A stretch of 64,000 nucleotides of DNA from an uncultured Gemmatimonadales bacterium (GTDB lineage: Bacteria > Gemmatimonadota > Gemmatimonadetes > Gemmatimonadales > GWC2-71-9), in the NCBI GenBank assembly GCA_963828735.1, contig CAWHFW010000002.1, positions 992,881 through 1,056,880 on the forward strand. The letters run 5' to 3'. The notes under the pieces were generated by a model. The model ran no database searches. It was not told where the DNA came from and worked only from the letters and a program-made list of their open reading frames with translations. Position 1 is the stretch's first letter. Every line of letters starts with the position of its first letter. This document shows, one piece after another, positions 20,861 to 30,681 of the stretch. Made by a program: the position numbers and the translations under genes.

Positions 20861-21901
20861 ATGCGCGCTCTCGTCAAGCCAGCCCCGGGCCCCGGCATGA
20901 TCTTGCGGGATGTCCCGGTCCCCCCGTGCGGCCCCAGCGACGTGCTCGTTCGTGTCCACCATGCAGGCGTCTGCGGCACCGACCTTCATATCTGGGAGTG
21001 GGACAGCTGGGCCAGCAACCGGCTGAAGCCACCCGTCGTCATCGGCCACGAGTTCGCCGGCGAGATCGTGCAGCTCGGCGCCGCCGCGGAGACAGCGGGC
21101 CTGCTCGCGGTCGGAGACCTGGTCACGGCCGAGGGTCACATCGTCTGCGGGCACTGCCTGCAATGCCGGCTGGGCGCCGCCCACCTGTGCCAACGCACCC
21201 AGATCATCGGCGTTGATCGGGATGGGGCGTTCGCCGAGTTCATCGTGATGCCCGCGTCGAACGTCATGCGCTTGGACGGCATCCCGACGGAGGTCGGGGC
21301 CATCATGGACCCGTTGGGGAACGCCGTCCACACGGTGCTCGAGTCCGAGGTGCCCGGAAGCACGGTCCTGGTGCTCGGCTGCGGACCCATAGGCTGCTTT
21401 GCGGTGGGCGTCGCCCGCGCCGCCGGGGCGTCGCTCGTGATCGCGAGCGACTACAACCCGATGCGCCTGACCCTCGCTCGCCAGATGGGCGCGCATGTGA
21501 CGCTCAACCCGGGCTCCGACGACGTACTTGCGCGGGTGCGGGACCTGACTAACGGCGACGGCGTGGATCTCGTCTGCGAGATGAGCGGCCATCCGAGCGG
21601 TCATGCGCAGGCCTTCGCCGCGGCGCGCCTCGGTGGGCGCGTGAATCTGCTCGGGACGCCGAGCCGCACGACCGAGGTGGACTTCGCCCGCGACGTGATC
21701 TTCAAGGGACTGACACTCTACGGCGTCACGGGACGCAAGATGTACGAGACGTGGGACGAGATGCGCCGATTTCTCCGCACCGGCCAGCTGGACCCGCGCC
21801 CCGTGATCACCCACCGCTTTCCGCTCGAATCGATCGCCGAAGCCATCCAGGTCATCAAGGACGGCCAGGCCGGTAAGGTGATCCTGGAGATCGGCGCATG
21901 A
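20861..21901 (+). CDS. tdh: L-threonine 3-dehydrogenase
   Basis: CGTDLHI, GHEFAG, AEGHIVCGHC..C, GCGPIG, TGRKMYETW; adjacent to kbl. Confidence 0.96.
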   Translation: MRALVKPAPGPGMILRDVPVPPCGPSDVLVRVHHAGVCGTDLHIWEWDSWASNRLKPPVVIGHEFAGEIVQLGAAAETAGLLAVGDLVTAEGHIVCGHCLQCRLGAAHLCQRTQIIGVDRDGAFAEFIVMPASNVMRLDGIPTEVGAIMDPLGNAVHTVLESEVPGSTVLVLGCGPIGCFAVGVARAAGASLVIASDYNPMRLTLARQMGAHVTLNPGSDDVLARVRDLTNGDGVDLVCEMSGHPSGHAQAFAAARLGGRVNLLGTPSRTTEVDFARDVIFKGLTLYGVTGRKMYETWDEMRRFLRTGQLDPRPVITHRFPLESIAEAIQVIKDGQAGKVILEIGA

Positions 21902-23097
21902 CGACCCCGTTCGACCGGCGCCTCGAGACGGACCTCGAGCAGTTCATCCGTGACGGCATCTACAAGCGGCTCAACTACCTCGACAGCCCGCAGGCCGCCC
22001 GGGTCCGGATGGAGGGCCGGGGCGATGTCATCATCCTTTCGTCGAACAACTACCTGGGCTTGAGCAGCCAGCCCGAGGTCGTCGCGGCGGGCAAGGCGGC
22101 CCTCGACCGATGGGGCGCGGGAACCGCGTCAGTGCGGTTCATCTGCGGCACCTTCACCGTCCACCGGACCCTCGAGGCCGCCTGCGCGCGTCTCGTCGGC
22201 ACGGCGGCCTCGCTCAGCTTCGTGAGCGCCTGGAACGCGAACGAGGCGGTACCCGCCACGCTCCTCGGCGAGCAGGACATCGTGATCAGCGACCAGTTGA
22301 ATCACGCCTCGATCATCGACGCGGCGCGCCTGGCCAAGGCCATCACCAAGTGTCAGACCGCCGTCTATCGGCACGCCGACCTGGCCGACCTCGAGGAGAA
22401 GCTCACGGCAGCCCGCGATCGCCGCACCCGCATGGTCATCACCGACGGCGTCTTCTCCATGGAAGGCTCGATCGCGCCCCTGCCCGACCTGATCGAGCTG
22501 TGCCGCCGGCACGACGCCGTCCTCGTCGTGGACGACTCGCACGCCACGGGTGTGCTCGGGGCCCGCGGCCGCGGCACCGCCGAGCATTTTGGCGTGCTGG
22601 GTGACGTCGACATCATCACTTCCACGCTCGGCAAGGCGCTGGGCGGCGCCGCCGGCGGCTTCGTCGCGGGCTCGGCGGCCGTATGCGATTTCCTCACGCA
22701 GCGGGCGCGCCCGCAACTCTTCTCCAACGCCCTGCCGCCGACCGTGGCAGCCAGTGCGCTCGCCAGCGTCGAATTTCTCGAGTCCCATCCCGAGCGCGTT
22801 CAGGCCCTGCGTGACAACGCCCGCTATTTCCGGGAGCGGCTTCTCGAGCTCGGCTTCCATCCGCTGCCCGGCGAGACCCCCATCATCCCGGTCATTCTCG
22901 GCGAGACGGCCGCGGCCATTCGCATGAGCGACCGCCTGCTCGCCCAGGGCGTCTTCGTCACGGGCTTCGGCTACCCCGTCGTGCCACAGGGCCAGGCGCG
23001 CGTCCGGTGCCAGATTTCCGCCGCGCATACGCGCGAGGACCTCGACGAGGCGCTGAACGCGTTTCGGAAAGTCGGGCAGGAGCTGAAGCTGATCTAG
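21898..23097 (+). CDS. kbl: Glycine C-acetyltransferase (2-amino-3-ketobutyrate CoA ligase)
   Basis: SNNYLG, SVRFICGT, NHASIID, DGVFSM, DDSH, TLGKALGG. Confidence 0.95.
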   Translation: MTTPFDRRLETDLEQFIRDGIYKRLNYLDSPQAARVRMEGRGDVIILSSNNYLGLSSQPEVVAAGKAALDRWGAGTASVRFICGTFTVHRTLEAACARLVGTAASLSFVSAWNANEAVPATLLGEQDIVISDQLNHASIIDAARLAKAITKCQTAVYRHADLADLEEKLTAARDRRTRMVITDGVFSMEGSIAPLPDLIELCRRHDAVLVVDDSHATGVLGARGRGTAEHFGVLGDVDIITSTLGKALGGAAGGFVAGSAAVCDFLTQRARPQLFSNALPPTVAASALASVEFLESHPERVQALRDNARYFRERLLELGFHPLPGETPIIPVILGETAAAIRMSDRLLAQGVFVTGFGYPVVPQGQARVRCQISAAHTREDLDEALNAFRKVGQELKLI

Positions 23098-23196
23098 GGC
23101 GGCCGGACCTCGGGGAACCAGACCGCCGCGCGACCGGGGATTTTGACGACCTCCCGGCGAAAAAGGTCCTGCCCGCGTCACTCTCTTGTTGAAGTT

Positions 23197-23390
23197 CCGT
23201 CGGATGGTGAACTGCTGTCGGACCTCCGCCCGGGTGCCTAGGCCCCCTTCCCGATCTCCGACTCCCGGACCCTGGGCTCCCCTCCCCCACTACTCCCGAC
23301 CGTCCACGGGGAGTCCCGAACGAGGCCGCCGGACCGGCCTGACCATACCCTCCATTGGCCCCGACCTTGCAATTCCACCCCCTCCGACGG
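23197..23390 (-). ncRNA. Candidate rod-shaped structured RNA (~194 nt, 6S-like geometry)
   Basis: Nested end-to-end pairings found by eye: CCGUCGGA/UCCGACGG, GGUG/CACC, GAAUUGC/GCAGUUC, GUCGG/CCGAC, GGGU/ACCC, AGGCC/GGCCU, UCCGGC/GUCGGA, GGGACUCCCC/GGGGAGCCC; G-U pairs favour the minus strand. Confidence 0.45.
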
Positions 23391-23570
23391 GTGGGGACGG
23401 CCTGGCGACGGCTTATATAAGCTGCCACGCAGCAAGCAGTTAGCCGGGTCACCGCTCCCCCTCCCTTCCCGCGATTTCCGGCAAGATCCCGCATTTTGAC
23501 GTACCCGTGCCTGCTGGGACACGGCAGCCGCCAGGATCCGCCTGGCGCGGACACCTTACGGAGGTAGGCT

Positions 23571-24251
23571 GTGATGCGCACGCTCATCCGATCGATCGCG
23601 GCCGTAGCGCTGGCCTTGACGCTGGGCACCGCCCACCTCACGGCCCAGGCTCCGGGCAACGGTAACTTCCAGTGGTACGTCGGCGGCCAGGGTGGCGTCA
23701 TGCTCTTCAAGACGCCAACCCAAGCCCGCACCGCCATCCCCTCCTTCGGTGGCCATGCATTGATCGTGGCCAAGCGGACTGGGCTCATGCTCTCCGTAGA
23801 CGAGGCGGTCGGATCGACGGAGACCAGCTCCTACAGCGATGGCAATGGCGTACAGACCGTCACGTTCAACGACATCCGCCGCTACTCGGCGGTGCTCATG
23901 GCGTTCCCGATCAAGGCCGCGGCGCAGCCGTACCTCGGCGTCGGGTACGGGCTCATCCACGTGGTGAACCCCACGCCCTCCAGCTCCGCGGCCTTCCAGA
24001 GCGATGCGGTCGATCTCGGCTCTGCCGGGTTCGCCACCTTCGTGGGCGGTCTCCAGTTCCAGGTCGGGCGGTTCATGGCGTTCGGCCAGTACCAGATCAC
24101 CAGCGGCGCGGGTCCGACGAGCGTGAGCGCCAGCGACGGGACGGTGCTCGCGGTCGGTCGCCTGCTCTCGGGTCCGACGCACGCCTTCAGTGGCGGCCTT
24201 CGCATCGGCTTGGGCAGCTCCCGCGACGACGTACGCGCCGGCGGCTACTGA
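23571..24251 (+). CDS. Secreted outer-membrane beta-barrel-like protein
   Basis: GGAGG RBS, signal peptide, PYLGVGYG and alternating beta-strand pattern. Confidence 0.75.
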   Translation: MMRTLIRSIAAVALALTLGTAHLTAQAPGNGNFQWYVGGQGGVMLFKTPTQARTAIPSFGGHALIVAKRTGLMLSVDEAVGSTETSSYSDGNGVQTVTFNDIRRYSAVLMAFPIKAAAQPYLGVGYGLIHVVNPTPSSSAAFQSDAVDLGSAGFATFVGGLQFQVGRFMAFGQYQITSGAGPTSVSASDGTVLAVGRLLSGPTHAFSGGLRIGLGSSRDDVRAGGY

Positions 24252-24275
24252 GCGGGCACTAGGCTCCTGAACGAC

Positions 24276-24315
24276 GAGCGGGCGGCGGATCTCGGATCCG
24301 CCGCCCGCTTGCTTT
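24276..24315. terminator. Hairpin terminator between convergent genes
   Basis: GAGCGGGCGGCGGATC-TCG-GATCCGCCGCCCGCTT then GCTTT. Confidence 0.8.
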
Positions 24316-24327
24316 ACACGGGTCGCC

Positions 24328-24951
24328 TCAGGCCGTCTGGCCGGCCCGAGAAGCGCCGCGAGACACCCAGGGCGACCCTTCCACCAGGAACCGAAGCGGC
24401 CAGTCCGCCGCCTTGGTGATGCCGATCCGCGGCGTGACCACGGCCGCCGGCGGACCGGCTCCGTCGTGCCACCGAACCAGGGCCCCCGAGCGTCGCATGA
24501 GCGACCCGTCGATGTCGCGCGTGATGCCGAGCGCCTGACAGAGCTTCCCCGGACCCGAGCAGAGCTGCCGGTCGGCGACGCCTCCCCGACGCTCGCGCAT
24601 CAGGGCGAGCCCCTCGACCGGCTCGAGCGCGCGCAAGAGGACGGCGCTCGCTTCCCCCGCCACACCGCACACCAGGTTGGCGCACCAGTGCATGCCGTAC
24701 GAGAGGTAGACGTACCATGTGCCCGGGGGACCGAAGAGCGCCTCGTTCTGCGCGTGCCGGCGGTGGCGATAGCCGTGCGAGGCGGGGTCGATGTAGCCCA
24801 GATACGCCTCTGTCTCGACGATTCGCCCGGCGGTGCGGGCGCCGTCGCGCGTGGAAACCACCGTCATCCCGAGAAGGTCGCGGGCCACCACGTCCGCCGA
24901 GCGCTCGAAAAACGAGACGGGCAGCGTGGCTGCCCGTCGGGTCGCGCTCAT
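24328..24951 (-). CDS. mpg: 3-methyladenine DNA glycosylase (AAG/MPG family)
   Basis: VARDLLG, IVETEAY, YVYLSYGMH, AVLLRALEP, GPGKL, RIGI. Confidence 0.94.
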   Translation of the reverse strand: MSATRRAATLPVSFFERSADVVARDLLGMTVVSTRDGARTAGRIVETEAYLGYIDPASHGYRHRRHAQNEALFGPPGTWYVYLSYGMHWCANLVCGVAGEASAVLLRALEPVEGLALMRERRGGVADRQLCSGPGKLCQALGITRDIDGSLMRRSGALVRWHDGAGPPAAVVTPRIGITKAADWPLRFLVEGSPWVSRGASRAGQTA

Positions 24952-26546
24952 TCCGCCTTCTTCTTGGCCCGAGGTCGCGGCCGGCGCGGCTTCGGTGCCG
25001 CGGGTTCCGCGGGCTCGTCAGCCACCGGCACCGCCGCACCGGCGGCAACCGTGGCGGCGGCCTTCTTCCGCGGCCTGCGAGGACGGGACGGCTTCTTCGG
25101 CGCCGCCGCCGCGGCCGACTCGGGAGCGCTCGCCTTTGCCGCGGGGGCCTCGGGAGCCTCGATCTGCACGACCCCGATCAATGGAATCTCCCCTGCACGG
25201 AGAGGGGCGCGTGACCCCCGCCGGAACCGGACGCCCAACCGCTGCCCGTTCTCCCGAGTGCCAGTGTCCGCGGCCGTCTCAGCGAGGGCGGGCTGCTCCG
25301 CGGTCGTCGGCTGCGGAGGTGGGCTCTCACGCGGAGCGGTCGTCCCCTGTGCCGCGGCCGACGTGCGATGCGGCGAGATCTCGTATTCATCCTCACCGAT
25401 CTTCCGAACGTCGGCCACTTCCGCGTCGTTCGCCTGCCGCAGCAGGCGCTGGAAGCGGCCCGTATCGAGCAGGGCATCCTCGCGCCCGTGCAGCGCCACC
25501 ATCCGGAGCCGGAGCGCCTCGTGGGGCACGGGCGCGCGCAGCTCGCCAAGCGCCTGGGTCAGGAGCTGGAACGCGCGCGCCAGCGAAAGCGCGCCGTCCG
25601 CCGTGCGGGCGCCGCGGGGCGGCGGCGCCTCGCGGGGCGTTTCGCCCGGGCCGGACGCGCGGTCGCGGTCGCGACCCCGGCCCCGGCGTCCGCGCCCGCG
25701 GCGGCCGTTGTCCTCGCGTGCGCCCTCAGCGCCCTCGCGCGACCGACCCGCCGCGGCCGGAACCGTCGCCGCGGCCACGCCGCCCGGAGGGCCGACCTCG
25801 TACTGGCCGTTGTCGAGCTTGGTGACGTGCACGACGCCCTTCTGGCCCGCTTCCACGACGAACTTGCTGAACCGATTGAAGCCGGCGTTGCGCTCGTCGA
25901 AGTTGGGATCGATCTGCTGCATGACCTGCTTGAGCCGATCCGATCGCATCACGTCGCCGTTCCGCGCCATCTGCGATACGGCCTCGCCCGCGAGCTCCCA
26001 GGGATCACGCTGAATCGACGGCGTGTCCACTTCCTTGGTGAGGCCGGCGAGGTCGTTGTACGAGTAGTACTCGTCGCAGTTCTGGATCAGCAGGTCGCTC
26101 GCACTCTCGCGGATTCCGACGCCGATCACGTACTTCCCGTACTCCTTCAGCTTGATCACCATCGTGGAGAAATCGCTGTCGCCGGAGAGCAGGATGAATG
26201 TCCCGATCTCGGGCCGGGTGAAGACCAGCTCGATCGCATCGATGGCGAGGCGGATGTCGGTCGCGTTCTTCTTGCTCGAGCCGAAGGCCGGCGCGAAGAT
26301 GAGATCGATCGACGATTCGGACAGAGGAACGATGTACTGCGGATAGCGGCGCCAATCGGCGTAGGCGCGCTGGACCGCCACCTTGCCTTTGATGATGTCG
26401 CTGTTGAGGAGAGTCCTAAGCTCTTTGGTGAGGTCCTTCTGGATGCCCAGGGTGACGTTGTCGAAATCGATGAGGAGTGCGGCGTTCGGGGCGTGCACCA
26501 GAGGCTGGCTCAGGTGCCGTGCGGGCCGAATCAAGGGTCGGTTCAC
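24948..26546 (-). CDS. NYN (LabA/DUF88) domain protein with OST-HTH/LOTUS-like domains and a basic low-complexity tail
   Basis: IDFDN, AYADW, KNATDI.LAID, SGDSDF, FDERNAGF..FSKF; GTG start approximate. Confidence 0.9.
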   Translation of the reverse strand: MNRPLIRPARHLSQPLVHAPNAALLIDFDNVTLGIQKDLTKELRTLLNSDIIKGKVAVQRAYADWRRYPQYIVPLSESSIDLIFAPAFGSSKKNATDIRLAIDAIELVFTRPEIGTFILLSGDSDFSTMVIKLKEYGKYVIGVGIRESASDLLIQNCDEYYSYNDLAGLTKEVDTPSIQRDPWELAGEAVSQMARNGDVMRSDRLKQVMQQIDPNFDERNAGFNRFSKFVVEAGQKGVVHVTKLDNGQYEVGPPGGVAAATVPAAAGRSREGAEGAREDNGRRGRGRRGRGRDRDRASGPGETPREAPPPRGARTADGALSLARAFQLLTQALGELRAPVPHEALRLRMVALHGREDALLDTGRFQRLLRQANDAEVADVRKIGEDEYEISPHRTSAAAQGTTAPRESPPPQPTTAEQPALAETAADTGTRENGQRLGVRFRRGSRAPLRAGEIPLIGVVQIEAPEAPAAKASAPESAAAAAPKKPSRPRRPRKKAAATVAAGAAVPVADEPAEPAAPKPRRPRPRAKKKAE

Positions 26547-26814
26547 GTAGCGCTCGGTTTCGGGACTCGCGATCCCGCGCGATCCCCTTGACGCGCCTGG
26601 CCGGACCCGGACTGCGGCAGGGCAGCGAGGAGTGCGCGAAGACCCGGGATCCCGCATGGGGTCGTCGTCGACTGATGGCGGCCACCGAGGAGGAATGTTT
26701 GATCATGCTCGCGCGGAGTCGGCCGGGTCGCCGAGGCGCGCAAACAGAACATTCCGGAAGTGGCTAGCCTCAACAATTTAGCCGAGGCCGACAGGCGCTG
26801 GTAGGGGCCGGTTC

Positions 26815-27990
26815 TCAGCCGAACTGCTGCTCGCCGGCCAGCGGGAGGTCCAGGACGAAATGAAAGCGGGTGCCCTGACCGGCGGCCGTTTCGACGCCGA
26901 GCGCCGAGCCCATGGCTTCGACCAGCTTCCGGCAGATGGAGAGGCCGAGGCCGGAGCCCGAGAACGCGTATTCGCCGGGCTTCTGCCGGCGCCGGAACGG
27001 CTCGTAGAGTGTCGCCATGCTCTGCGGGGGGATACCCCGACCGGTGTCGCGCACGGAGAACTCGACCGCGCGTCCCCCTGCCTCGCGCGCCATGACCTCG
27101 ACGAACCCCTCCGCGGTGAACTTGAGCGCGTTGGTCGTGAGGTTGAGCAGGACCCGGCTCAGCGCGACCGGGTGGCCGATCCGGAAGTCGGCCTCGGGCG
27201 GCGTGAGCCGGACGGTGAGGCTCTTCTCTTCGGCGATCGGCTGGACGATGTCGCGGACCGACTCGAGGATGTCGGTCACCGAGAAAGGGATCGGATCGAG
27301 GTCGACCAGCCGGTCGCCACCGCGGGCCAACTCGATCACGTCACTGGCGACGGAGCTGAGGCCGAATGCCGCGCTGTAGATCAGGCCCAGCTGGCGCTCC
27401 TGGACGGGATTCACCGGTCCGCTCCGGGCGCGCTGCAGGGTCTCGGCCAGGAAGAGAATGGAGGTCAGCGGCGACCGAAGGTCGTGCGCGACCTCGACCA
27501 CGAGCTCGAGGCCATCGGGCCCGGACAGTCGGTCGGCGAAGTGCTGCGACCAATCCGCCTCGAGGCGCTGGCTCACCTGCTCCAGCGCGACGAGCATGTG
27601 CAGCAGCTGGCCGCTGTCGAGGGTGGGCAACGCCTGGGCCCGGTCGAGAAAGGCGACGCGGACGAGCCCGACGAGACGACGTGACAGGGGATTTCGCGGC
27701 AGCGCGGCAAGATCGGGGTTCTGTCCGCTGGCCTGCTGGCGGATCGCGGTGCAGACCTGCGCGAGGTGGGCCGTCACCTCGTCCATGTTCGACGCGTGCT
27801 CGACCACCCGCTCCCATTCGGCCTGGGCCCACAGCACCGCGTCGCGCAGCGCGTCCCAGAGCGGTGCTGCGATGGCGCCGCCCGTCGGTCCATCCGGATC
27901 CCACACCCGCACTGGTGCGACAGCGCTGCCCGTCGCCGCCCGGCGGCGCTCGCCGCTCGTCGCTCCGGGCAGGGCGGCTTCGGGAGTCAC
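26815..27990 (-). CDS. Cytoplasmic histidine kinase
   Basis: AHDLRSPL, NALKFT, DTGRGI, GSGLGLSI; no TM segments. Confidence 0.92.
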   Translation of the reverse strand: MTPEAALPGATSGERRRAATGSAVAPVRVWDPDGPTGGAIAAPLWDALRDAVLWAQAEWERVVEHASNMDEVTAHLAQVCTAIRQQASGQNPDLAALPRNPLSRRLVGLVRVAFLDRAQALPTLDSGQLLHMLVALEQVSQRLEADWSQHFADRLSGPDGLELVVEVAHDLRSPLTSILFLAETLQRARSGPVNPVQERQLGLIYSAAFGLSSVASDVIELARGGDRLVDLDPIPFSVTDILESVRDIVQPIAEEKSLTVRLTPPEADFRIGHPVALSRVLLNLTTNALKFTAEGFVEVMAREAGGRAVEFSVRDTGRGIPPQSMATLYEPFRRRQKPGEYAFSGSGLGLSICRKLVEAMGSALGVETAAGQGTRFHFVLDLPLAGEQQFG

Positions 27991-29510
27991 TCAGGCAACC
28001 CCGGACTCTCGTCGCGGTGAAACGCGTGCTTGTCCATGAGGCGATACAGCGTGGTGCGGTCGATGCTCGCGAGGCGGGCCGCTTTGGACATGTTGCCGCC
28101 GGCGCGCGTCACCAGGCGCGTCAGGTATTCTTTTTCGAACTGAGCCACGACCCGGTCCTTGGCGGTGTGGTAGGCCTCGTCCATCGCACCGGAGCTCACC
28201 GTGCTGTCGGCCGGCCACTCGACCCCGTCGTCATACACGGGGATGTCGTTCGGCTGGATGATCTGGTCCGGCTCGGCCAGGACCGCGACGTGCTCGATGA
28301 CGTTCTGAAGTTCTCGAACGTTGCCTCGCCAGGGACGCGAGCGCAAGAAGGCGATGCTGGCGTCGCTCAGCCGCGGGACCCGGTCGCCCATCTGGCGGTG
28401 GCGCTGCCAGTAGACCGTGAGAAAATGATTGGCCAGGAGCGGAATGTCTTCCTGGCGCTTGCGCAGGGGCGGTAGCTTGATGGGCACAACGCGCAGCCGG
28501 TAGAACAGGTCGCCGCGAAGCACGCCCGTGTCTACGGCCTCCTGCGGCTCGCGATTCGTGGCCGAGATGAACCGGACATCCACCACTGCGTCGTGCTGCT
28601 CGCTGCCCACGCGCCTGACCACGCCGTCCTGAATCACGCGCAGGAGCTTGGCCTGGAGCGGCATCGTCATCTCGGTCAGCTCGTCGAGGAAAAGCGTGCC
28701 GCCGTTTGCGGTCTCGAGCAGGCCGGGCTTGTCGCGGTCGGCCCCCGTGAACGCGCCCTTCCGGTGGCCGAACATCTCGCTCTCGAGCAGAGGCTCCGGC
28801 AGGGCGGCGCAGTTGATCGGCACCAAGGTCCGGCCGGCGCGCCGGCTGTTCTGGTGGATGAACTGCGCGATGACCTCCTTGCCTGTCCCGCTCTCCCCGC
28901 TGATGAACACGGACGCGTCGGTCGCCGCCACCTTGCGGGCGAGGTCCACGGCCTGCCGGAACAGAGGCGAGATTCCGATGAGGGCGATCTTGTCGCTGTG
29001 CCCGTGCTGCTTCATGAGCTGAACGCGGAGATCCTGCGCCTCACGCGACATCATCACCGCGTGCGACGCGCGCCCGATCAGGACCTGGAGATGGGTCGCG
29101 CTGAACGGCTTCGGGAGGTAATCCCAGGCTCCCGCACGAAGCGCCTCGATGCTGCTCGTGACGCTCGGATTGCCGGTCATGACCACGACGATGGTGTCTT
29201 TGAAGGCCTGCAGTGTGGAGCGGAGGATGTCGAGACCCGATATCTGCGACATGTACAGATCGACGAGGATGATATCGAACTTCCGCCGCTTGACGGTGTC
29301 CAACGCCTCCTCGCCCCGCCCGACCAGCGTCACATTGTAGCCGTCCATCTGGAGTACGCTGGCGCAGCTCTCGCGCAACGTGCGCTCGTCGTCAACCACG
29401 AGCACGCGGATGCTCGCCTTGATCTCGCTCGGAATGGAAAACGGATCACGGGACGCTGGGTCGGCGGCCGGTGCGCCCGACCGGTCCTGCTGGGCGAGCG
29501 GGTTCGACAT
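27987..29510 (-). CDS. Sigma54-dependent response regulator (NtrC/AtoC family)
   Basis: REC, GESGTGKE, ESEMFGH..GAFTGA, DLFYRL, WRGNVREL, Fis-type HTH; GGAG RBS. Confidence 0.95.
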   Translation of the reverse strand: MSNPLAQQDRSGAPAADPASRDPFSIPSEIKASIRVLVVDDERTLRESCASVLQMDGYNVTLVGRGEEALDTVKRRKFDIILVDLYMSQISGLDILRSTLQAFKDTIVVVMTGNPSVTSSIEALRAGAWDYLPKPFSATHLQVLIGRASHAVMMSREAQDLRVQLMKQHGHSDKIALIGISPLFRQAVDLARKVAATDASVFISGESGTGKEVIAQFIHQNSRRAGRTLVPINCAALPEPLLESEMFGHRKGAFTGADRDKPGLLETANGGTLFLDELTEMTMPLQAKLLRVIQDGVVRRVGSEQHDAVVDVRFISATNREPQEAVDTGVLRGDLFYRLRVVPIKLPPLRKRQEDIPLLANHFLTVYWQRHRQMGDRVPRLSDASIAFLRSRPWRGNVRELQNVIEHVAVLAEPDQIIQPNDIPVYDDGVEWPADSTVSSGAMDEAYHTAKDRVVAQFEKEYLTRLVTRAGGNMSKAARLASIDRTTLYRLMDKHAFHRDESPGLPE

Positions 29511-29640
29511 CCTGATCTCCTCGGCTGGACCGCGGTGCGGTCTGTGGATGCATACAGGCAATTGCCGCTGGGGTGATGGATTCCCCCATCGGTACCGTGC
29601 GAACCTAGATCCTTTGTACCACAGGATGCAGCGCAATTCA

Positions 29641-29657
29641 AGCAATTGCCGCGCCAA
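29641..29657 (-). promoter_or_regulatory. Sigma54 promoter upstream of the NtrC-family gene
   Basis: TTGGCGC-GGCAA-TTGCT, near-consensus -24/-12. Confidence 0.75.
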
Positions 29658-29727
29658 GACCACAGGCCTTGACGCGGCTTACGCCACATAGCGTAGTGTC
29701 GAAGCTACATTTACGCCACGGTCCAGG

Positions 29728-30681
29728 CTAGATCGGGGACTGCAGGGATACCTGCTCGAAGGCCCGAATTCGATCGTCCTGTCCGCCTCGACGCAGGTCT
29801 CGCAAGGCGGTCGTTGCACGAAGCAGCAGTTCGGTCGCATCCACCGCCGACTCGGCCAAGTCCGGAACCGCACAATACCCCGCCTTCACCCGCAGGCTGC
29901 GCTCACCGCCGCGGACGGGGATCCTGGTAGCCTCCACGGCGCCGCCCAGCCGATCCACCAGGCGAAGCGCGCCCTCACGGCCGGTCGCCGGTGCGATCAC
30001 GGCGAACTCCGTGGGGCCGAGCCGGCCGATGGCGTCCGACACCCGGCCCACCTCGCGAAAAATCGTCCCCACCTGGTCCGACATCCGAACCACCTCGTCG
30101 CCGGGGGACTCCTCGTCGGTCTCGGGATCCACTTCGGGCGCGAACACCACGCAGGCCAAGGCCTCCCGCCGGCGCAGCGCGTCCGCACCGATCTCGCGGG
30201 CACGCCGCGCGAGCCCGCGCATGTTGTAGAGCCCGGTCCCCGAGTCGAGCAAGTTCTCCTCGCGCAGAATGTCCACCTGCTGCTTCGATTGGAGGAACGT
30301 CGTCAGCTTGAGCAGCAGCGCCTCGCCATCGAGCGGCTGACCGAGGAACTCCCAGGCGCCGCACCGATACGCCTCGAGACGCTGGGTGCGTCCCGACGGC
30401 CCCGACGTCGTGATCACGATCGGTGTAGTCGCGCTGAAGCGGGGATCGCTTCGCAGTGCCCGACAGACTTCGAACCCGTGCATGTCGGGCATCTGGGCAT
30501 CGAGGATGATGATGTCAGGCTGTGACGAGCGCGCCCGCTCGAGCGCCTGCTGGCCGGTGTAGGCGCGTACGACCGAATAGCCGTTGGGCCCGAGTATGCT
30601 TTCGATGGACCGCGCGGACCATTCCTGATCGTTCGCGATGAGCACAAGCGGGGAGGCCGGTGCCTTATCTCGATTTGCCAT
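29728..30681 (-). CDS. Response regulator with degenerate GGDEF domain
   Basis: REC (ILDAQMPD), D..TGLYN.R, active-site position reads RLGPTEF. Confidence 0.85.
   Translation of the reverse strand: MANRDKAPASPLVLIANDQEWSARSIESILGPNGYSVVRAYTGQQALERARSSQPDIIILDAQMPDMHGFEVCRALRSDPRFSATTPIVITTSGPSGRTQRLEAYRCGAWEFLGQPLDGEALLLKLTTFLQSKQQVDILREENLLDSGTGLYNMRGLARRAREIGADALRRREALACVVFAPEVDPETDEESPGDEVVRMSDQVGTIFREVGRVSDAIGRLGPTEFAVIAPATGREGALRLVDRLGGAVEATRIPVRGGERSLRVKAGYCAVPDLAESAVDATELLLRATTALRDLRRGGQDDRIRAFEQVSLQSPI

Noticed and set aside
23186..23522. Short ORFs in the kbl-OMP gap
   Set aside because: Low-complexity translations without RBS or motifs; RNA structure explains the region better
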